Position numbers and translations under genes: made by a program. Positions 59,347-64,000 of a stretch of 64,000 nt of DNA are shown here, piece by piece. The DNA lies in NCBI GenBank assembly GCA_965243205.1, contig CBDEUK010000002.1, forward strand, positions 1,952,001 through 2,016,000, written 5' to 3'. The notes under the pieces are model-generated. The model worked only from the letters and a program-made list of their open reading frames with translations. It did not search any database and was not told where the DNA came from. This stretch comes from Gammaproteobacteria bacterium. Its GTDB lineage: Bacteria > Pseudomonadota > Gammaproteobacteria > Eutrophobiales > Eutrophobiaceae. The first letter of the stretch is position 1, and every line of letters begins with the position of its first letter.

Positions 59347-60651
59347 TTAATCGTTATTATGTTGTTTATTAGAATGCTTGCCGCGACGTGAATGCCGCTT
59401 ATGTTGTTTTTTGTACATTAATTCAGGATGCTGTTCTTGAAAGTCCTTCCACCATGATACCAATTCTTTTAGGTTTTCACCTGACTGTGATCGCAACTCC
59501 AAAAAATCGTACGCTGCGCGAAATCTAGGATGACTCAGTAAACGCATTGGACGTTTACCGCGACGATTTTTTAGTCGTGATTGTAAAGACCAAATTTCTC
59601 TTGCAATTAGAGTGATGCGTCTAGGCATCGCAACAGTTTTTACTTGCCGTGATATTACCGCATCACCTGCTAGATGTATGGCGTCAGATTCAGTGACACC
59701 ATTGGTTTGATATTCATCAGCAAGATGTCGGATTTTAGGCCATAACAAAGCCGCAATAATAAAAGCCGGTGTGACTGGTAAGTCTTGTTTGATGCGAGCA
59801 TCAGTATTCGAAAGTGCATTAGCAAATAATTTTTTTGCAAACGTTGAAGTTTGCATAAATTTATTTGCTTCAGGAAATAAGGTTTCGAATAATTTGAACT
59901 CCGTTAACATATGGAAGGTTTTTTGACCTGCTCCTCCCATAAAGAGTTTATTAAATTCTTCATATAAACGAGCTTCAGAAATATCTTCAAGTAAGTATGA
60001 TAATTCATCGATCGGTTCCGCAGTCGATTCAGAAATCGTAAAATTCAATTTTGCGGCGAATCGAATAGCCCTTAACATTCTTACAGGATCTTCGCGGTAA
60101 CGTTCAGCGGCAAAACCGATCATGCGAATTTGATTCGCTTCTATATCTTTTACGCCTTGTACATAGTCGACAATCGAAAAATTCTCAACTTCATAAAATA
60201 AGGCATTGGCTGTGAAGTCGCGTCTCCATACATCATCGTCGATGGTTCCATACACATTATCGCGAATGATTCTGCCGGCTTCTGAAAAACCATTTTGATC
60301 AGAAACATGGTGTGGGGCACGGAAGGTTGAGACTTCGATAATTTCATTGCCATAGCGAACATGAGCTAAGCGAAATCGACGCCCTATTAAGCGGCAGTTT
60401 CTAAATAGTTCGCGTATTTGCTCGGGATGGGCATCGGTAACGACATCAAAATCTTTTGGGGTAATATCGAGCAATAAATCTCGTACAGCACCACCAACTA
60501 AATAGGCCTTGTAACCAGCGTTGTTTAGTTTATAAAGAACTTTTAATGCCGAATCACTGATATTATCACGACTGATATTATGATCTTGTCGCGAAATGAT
60601 CTGCGGACTGGTTTTTAGTGACGTGACATTATTATTAGTTTCACTACCCAT
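59347..60651 (-). CDS. pcnB: Poly(A) polymerase I
   Basis: LVGGAVRD, KDFD, LIGRRF, RRDFT.NAL and HPRFRAAYDF motifs; start uncertain. Confidence 0.93.
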   Translation of the reverse strand: MGSETNNNVTSLKTSPQIISRQDHNISRDNISDSALKVLYKLNNAGYKAYLVGGAVRDLLLDITPKDFDVVTDAHPEQIRELFRNCRLIGRRFRLAHVRYGNEIIEVSTFRAPHHVSDQNGFSEAGRIIRDNVYGTIDDDVWRRDFTANALFYEVENFSIVDYVQGVKDIEANQIRMIGFAAERYREDPVRMLRAIRFAAKLNFTISESTAEPIDELSYLLEDISEARLYEEFNKLFMGGAGQKTFHMLTEFKLFETLFPEANKFMQTSTFAKKLFANALSNTDARIKQDLPVTPAFIIAALLWPKIRHLADEYQTNGVTESDAIHLAGDAVISRQVKTVAMPRRITLIAREIWSLQSRLKNRRGKRPMRLLSHPRFRAAYDFLELRSQSGENLKELVSWWKDFQEQHPELMYKKQHKRHSRRGKHSNKQHNND

Positions 60652-60718
60652 AGCGAGCTTATTTCTAGCATAATGAAATAGGATAATAACATCCAAATAC
60701 AAAAATGCGATTGATTAG

Positions 60719-61141
60719 ATGAGTTTAAATGCACATATTGGTTTATTAAGAAGATTGGCCAGCATTTTTTATGATGGTTTATTGCTGTTTTCTTTATTAT
60801 TCGTTTGTAGCTTTTTTGTATTACCTTTTACAGGCGGTGAAGCGATTCCAAGCGATAATTGGGTTTACCCTTTAATTCTATTGGCAGCATGTTTTTTCTT
60901 TTTTACCTGGCAATGGGTAAAAGGTGGGCAAACTTTAGGCATGCGTGCTTGGCAATGTCGTTTAGTGCAACAGGATAAACAAAATGTAAGTTGGTCTGCA
61001 GCGAGCAGCCGTTTCTTTTTGGCAATCGTCTCATGGGCTGTATTAGGGGCTGGATATTGGATGGCCTGGTTTCGAAGTGATCGGAAAACATTCCATGATC
61101 TTTATTCGCATACTTATTTAATAAGAGTATCTAAAGATTAA
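60719..61141 (+). CDS. RDD family membrane protein
   Basis: RRLASIFYD, GQTLGMRAW and FHD motifs. Confidence 0.88.
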   Translation: MSLNAHIGLLRRLASIFYDGLLLFSLLFVCSFFVLPFTGGEAIPSDNWVYPLILLAACFFFFTWQWVKGGQTLGMRAWQCRLVQQDKQNVSWSAASSRFFLAIVSWAVLGAGYWMAWFRSDRKTFHDLYSHTYLIRVSKD

Positions 61142-61191
61142 TCCAAATTTTTCATTTATGATTTAGATCATGAATGTTTATGAGAAAAAAT

Positions 61192-61893
61192 ATGTTTGAA
61201 ACTATAAAAGAAGATATCCAAGTCGTTTTTGATCGTGATCCTGCAGCGAAATCTACCATTGAAACGATTTTCACATGCCCTGGTTTTCAAGCAATCATGT
61301 TCCATCGGTTTAATCATTGGCTATGGAAAAAAAAGTTTTATTTTTTTGCACGAGTATTTGCGCATATTGCACGTTTTTTAACAGGCGTTGAAATTCATCC
61401 TGGTGCCACTATTGGTCGGCGTTTTTTTATTGATCATGGTATGGGTATTGTTATCGGTGAGACGTCTGAAATTGGTAATGATGTTTCGATTTATCATGGT
61501 GTGACATTGGGTGGTACAACCTGGAACAAAGGTAAGCGACATCCAACTTTAGAAGACAATGTATTAGTGGGTGCAGGCGCTAAAATATTAGGTCCTATAA
61601 CAATCGGTGAATGTGCACGTGTAGGCTCTAATGCTGTAGTCTCAAAAGATGTGCCTGCTAATGCGACTGTGGTTGGTATCCCTGGTCATATTGTGATTAA
61701 AAAAGAACAACGCGAAGCACAAGATGCTCAACGTGCTGAGATGGCGAAAAAGATTGGCTACGAAGCTTATGCTGAGAGCAAAGATATGCCGGACCCCATC
61801 CAAAATGCCCTCGATTCCATGCTGGATCATATGCATAAAACGGATACAGAATTAGAAAGATTACGGAAAAAACTTGATGAGAATGATTCTTAA
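61192..61893 (+). CDS. cysE: Serine O-acetyltransferase
   Basis: [21 protein letters not shown] and KRHPT motifs; start may be 61174. Confidence 0.95.
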   Translation: MFETIKEDIQVVFDRDPAAKSTIETIFTCPGFQAIMFHRFNHWLWKKKFYFFARVFAHIARFLTGVEIHPGATIGRRFFIDHGMGIVIGETSEIGNDVSIYHGVTLGGTTWNKGKRHPTLEDNVLVGAGAKILGPITIGECARVGSNAVVSKDVPANATVVGIPGHIVIKKEQREAQDAQRAEMAKKIGYEAYAESKDMPDPIQNALDSMLDHMHKTDTELERLRKKLDENDS

Positions 61894-61903
61894 TAACATT
61901 TAA

Positions 61904-61916
61904 AATCAATCACTTA
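61904..61916 (+). promoter_or_regulatory. IHF consensus site upstream of iscR
   Basis: AATCAA-TCAC-TTA matches WATCAANNNNTTR. Confidence 0.45.
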
Positions 61917-61962
61917 ACGCCAATTTATACATTCAACTCTGTAAGATTACATAAAATTCATT

Positions 61963-62012
61963 AATCCTGAGTAATTTTATCAACTATAATCTTGACTAAA
62001 ATAGTCGGTTAT
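61963..62012. promoter_or_regulatory. Two adjacent type-1 IscR sites
   Basis: AATCCTGAGTAATTTTATCAACTAT and AATCTTGACTAAAATAGTCGGTTAT versus ATASYYGACTRwwwYAGTCRRSTAT. Confidence 0.8.
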
Positions 62013-62054
62013 GTGACTATCCACGCCCATTTTTATTGAAAACTGTTTAAAACG

Positions 62055-62516
62055 ATGAAATTAACCACCAAAGGACGTTACGCAGTTACCGCTCTTTTAG
62101 ATGTGGCCTTAAACGATAGTAAAGGCCCTGTATGTTTGGCGGATATTTCTACTCGTCAGGATATTTCAGTGACATACCTTGAGCAGTTATTTAATAAGCT
62201 ACGTAAAAAAGGTTTATTGGAAAGTGTTCGTGGTTCAAAAGGTGGTTATACATTAGCAATTGAACCGGAAGAAATCACGGTTGCGCGAATTATTTATTGT
62301 GTCGATGAGACCATCGATATGACTCGTTGCGGTGGCCAACAAAACTGCCAAGGTGACGTTCGTTGCTTAACCCATGATTTGTGGATGGGCTTGAACCGTC
62401 ATGTCGCGGATTACCTAAACAACATTACCTTGGCAGATTTAATTGAGCAAAACAATGTGAAGTTAGTAGCGCAACGCCAAGACAATATTTTAAAACAAGT
62501 GCAATTTGAAAATTAA
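62055..62516 (+). CDS. iscR: Fe-S cluster assembly regulator IscR
   Basis: MKLTTKGRYAV, YLEQLF and C..C..CLTH cluster ligands. Confidence 0.92.
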   Translation: MKLTTKGRYAVTALLDVALNDSKGPVCLADISTRQDISVTYLEQLFNKLRKKGLLESVRGSKGGYTLAIEPEEITVARIIYCVDETIDMTRCGGQQNCQGDVRCLTHDLWMGLNRHVADYLNNITLADLIEQNNVKLVAQRQDNILKQVQFEN

Positions 62517-62878
62517 TGAATATGAGTGAACAACAAATTACATTAACCAATCGTGCAGCAGAACATGTTAAAGCCTTTCTCGCAAAGCAAGAGAATAGTT
62601 TAGGTTTACGTGTTGGTGTTAAACCAACAGGCTGTTCTGGTCAACAGTATGTGATCGAAACGGCTGAAGATATTCATGATCATGATCAATGTTTTGAATC
62701 GAACGGCATTAAACTTATTGTCGATGAACAGAGTATGAAATATCTCGCAGGAACGGAATTGGATTTTATTAAAGAAGGTTTAAATTCACGTTTCCAATTT
62801 AATAACCCCAATGTAACTGATACCTGTGGTTGCGGTGAAAGCTTCACAGTTGATGAAAAGCATGCGAGCAATAATTAG
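62516..62878 (+). CDS. A-type Fe-S carrier (IscA/SufA)
   Basis: GCSG, F.NPN and CGCGESF motifs. Confidence 0.92.
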   Translation: MNMSEQQITLTNRAAEHVKAFLAKQENSLGLRVGVKPTGCSGQQYVIETAEDIHDHDQCFESNGIKLIVDEQSMKYLAGTELDFIKEGLNSRFQFNNPNVTDTCGCGESFTVDEKHASNN

Positions 62879-62886
62879 GAAATAGT

Positions 62887-64000
62887 ATGGCAAGTGAAAC
62901 CCAAGATGTAGAAGCCCAAGAAATAGATGAGTTCGTACAAAAAGAATACGAACATGGTTTTGTTACCGATATCGATACCGATACCGTTGCTCCAGGTTTG
63001 AACGAAGATGTTATTCGTTTAATTTCAGAAAAGAAAAATGAACCTGAATGGTTATTAGAATGGCGCTTAAAAGCATTTGAACATTGGAAAACTATGGAAG
63101 AACCACAATGGGCACATGTTAATTATGATCCTATTGATTACCAAGCCATCTCATATTACTCAGCACCAAAGAATAAAGAAGATGGTCCAAAGAGTTTGGA
63201 TGAAGTTGATCCAAAATTATTAGAGACTTATGAAAAGTTAGGTATTCCTTTACACGAACAAAAGATGTTAGCTGGTGTTGCAGTTGATGCAGTGTTTGAT
63301 AGTGTTTCAGTTGCGACAACATTTAAAGACAAATTATCTGAAGCAGGTGTTATCTTTTGTTCTTTTTCAGAAGCGGTTCAAGATCATCCTGAATTAGTAA
63401 AACAATATTTAGGTACTGTTGTTCCAACAGCTGATAATTATTTTGCTGCATTAAATTCAGCTGTATTTACCGATGGTTCGTTTTGCTTTATTCCAAAGAA
63501 TACACGCTGCCCTATGGAGCTTTCGACTTACTTTCGTATCAATGCTTCAAACACTGGACAGTTTGAACGCACATTAATTGTTGCTGAAGAAGGTAGTCAT
63601 GTCAGTTATCTTGAAGGCTGTACTGCACCGATGCGCGATGAAAATCAATTGCATGCGGCAGTCGTTGAATTAATTGCATTGGATAATGCAGAGATTAAAT
63701 ACTCTACCGTACAAAACTGGTATCCAGGCGACGAAAATGGTGTTGGTGGTATTTATAACTTTGTGACCAAGCGTGGTGATTGTCGTGGAGTCAATTCGAA
63801 AATCTCTTGGACTCAAGTTGAGACTGGTTCTGCTATTACTTGGAAATATCCATCTTGTATTTTGCGTGGCGATAATTCAGTTGGCGAGTTTTATTCCGTT
63901 GCCGTTGCTAATAACTGTCAAGAAGCTGATACCGGAACCAAGATGATTCATATTGGTAAGAATACTAAGAGCACGATCATCTCTAAAGGTATCTCCGCTG
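62887..64000 (+). CDS. sufB: Fe-S assembly protein SufB (truncated by the window end; absent from the ORF track)
   Basis: Hand-translated [43 protein letters not shown] and ITWKYPS. Confidence 0.93.
   Translation, partial: MASETQDVEAQEIDEFVQKEYEHGFVTDIDTDTVAPGLNEDVIRLISEKKNEPEWLLEWRLKAFEHWKTMEEPQWAHVNYDPIDYQAISYYSAPKNKEDGPKSLDEVDPKLLETYEKLGIPLHEQKMLAGVAVDAVFDSVSVATTFKDKLSEAGVIFCSFSEAVQDHPELVKQYLGTVVPTADNYFAALNSAVFTDGSFCFIPKNTRCPMELSTYFRINASNTGQFERTLIVAEEGSHVSYLEGCTAPMRDENQLHAAVVELIALDNAEIKYSTVQNWYPGDENGVGGIYNFVTKRGDCRGVNSKISWTQVETGSAITWKYPSCILRGDNSVGEFYSVAVANNCQEADTGTKMIHIGKNTKSTIISKGISA

Noticed and set aside
61158-61171. FNR-like ATGAT-TTAG-ATCAT before cysE
   Set aside because: Two mismatches in AT-rich DNA; not supportable alone
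62926-62933. GATGAGTT in early sufB, complementary to the candidate sRNA segment AACUCAUC
   Set aside because: The same 8-mer occurs in unrelated genes here (near 7262, 36907 and 48134), so it is compatible with chance
57-63322. Many 60-138 aa antisense or nested ORFs in the track (e.g. 6844-7260, 18402-18752, 22333-22674)
   Set aside because: They are shadows of well-supported genes with no recognisable motifs

Overview
AT-rich gammaproteobacterial chromosomal segment. 1-1326: rph-rdgB. 1332-11375: a complete sedentary integron with intact intI, attI at ~2428 and a 20-ORF co-oriented array. Its 58/63-bp attC sites are intact near attI and progressively eroded distally. 11.4-24.4 kb: lptG-lptF / pepA-holC-orf-valS, an RND pair and hemW. 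24.5-33.8 kb: envelope and peptidase genes plus a tandemly duplicated small secreted-protein unit. 33.8-37.9 kb: queA, tRNA-Leu(CAA) and a PAS-GGDEF-EAL gene. 37.9-56.1 kb: a microaerobic respiration cluster (ccoNOQP/G/H/I/S, ompW, hemN, fnr, FNR boxes, OprC-like TonB receptor, regBA). 56.1-64 kb: panDCB-dNK-folK-pcnB, RDD, cysE, iscR, iscA/sufA and sufB (truncated by the window). Top leads: the eroding integron array, a candidate Fur-repressed ~45-50 nt sRNA (50993-51087), a PopZ-like protein upstream of valS, the duplicated unit with an OxyR/LysR-like box, and a RegA-boxed copper-type receptor. All calls are by eye; no database searches were run.
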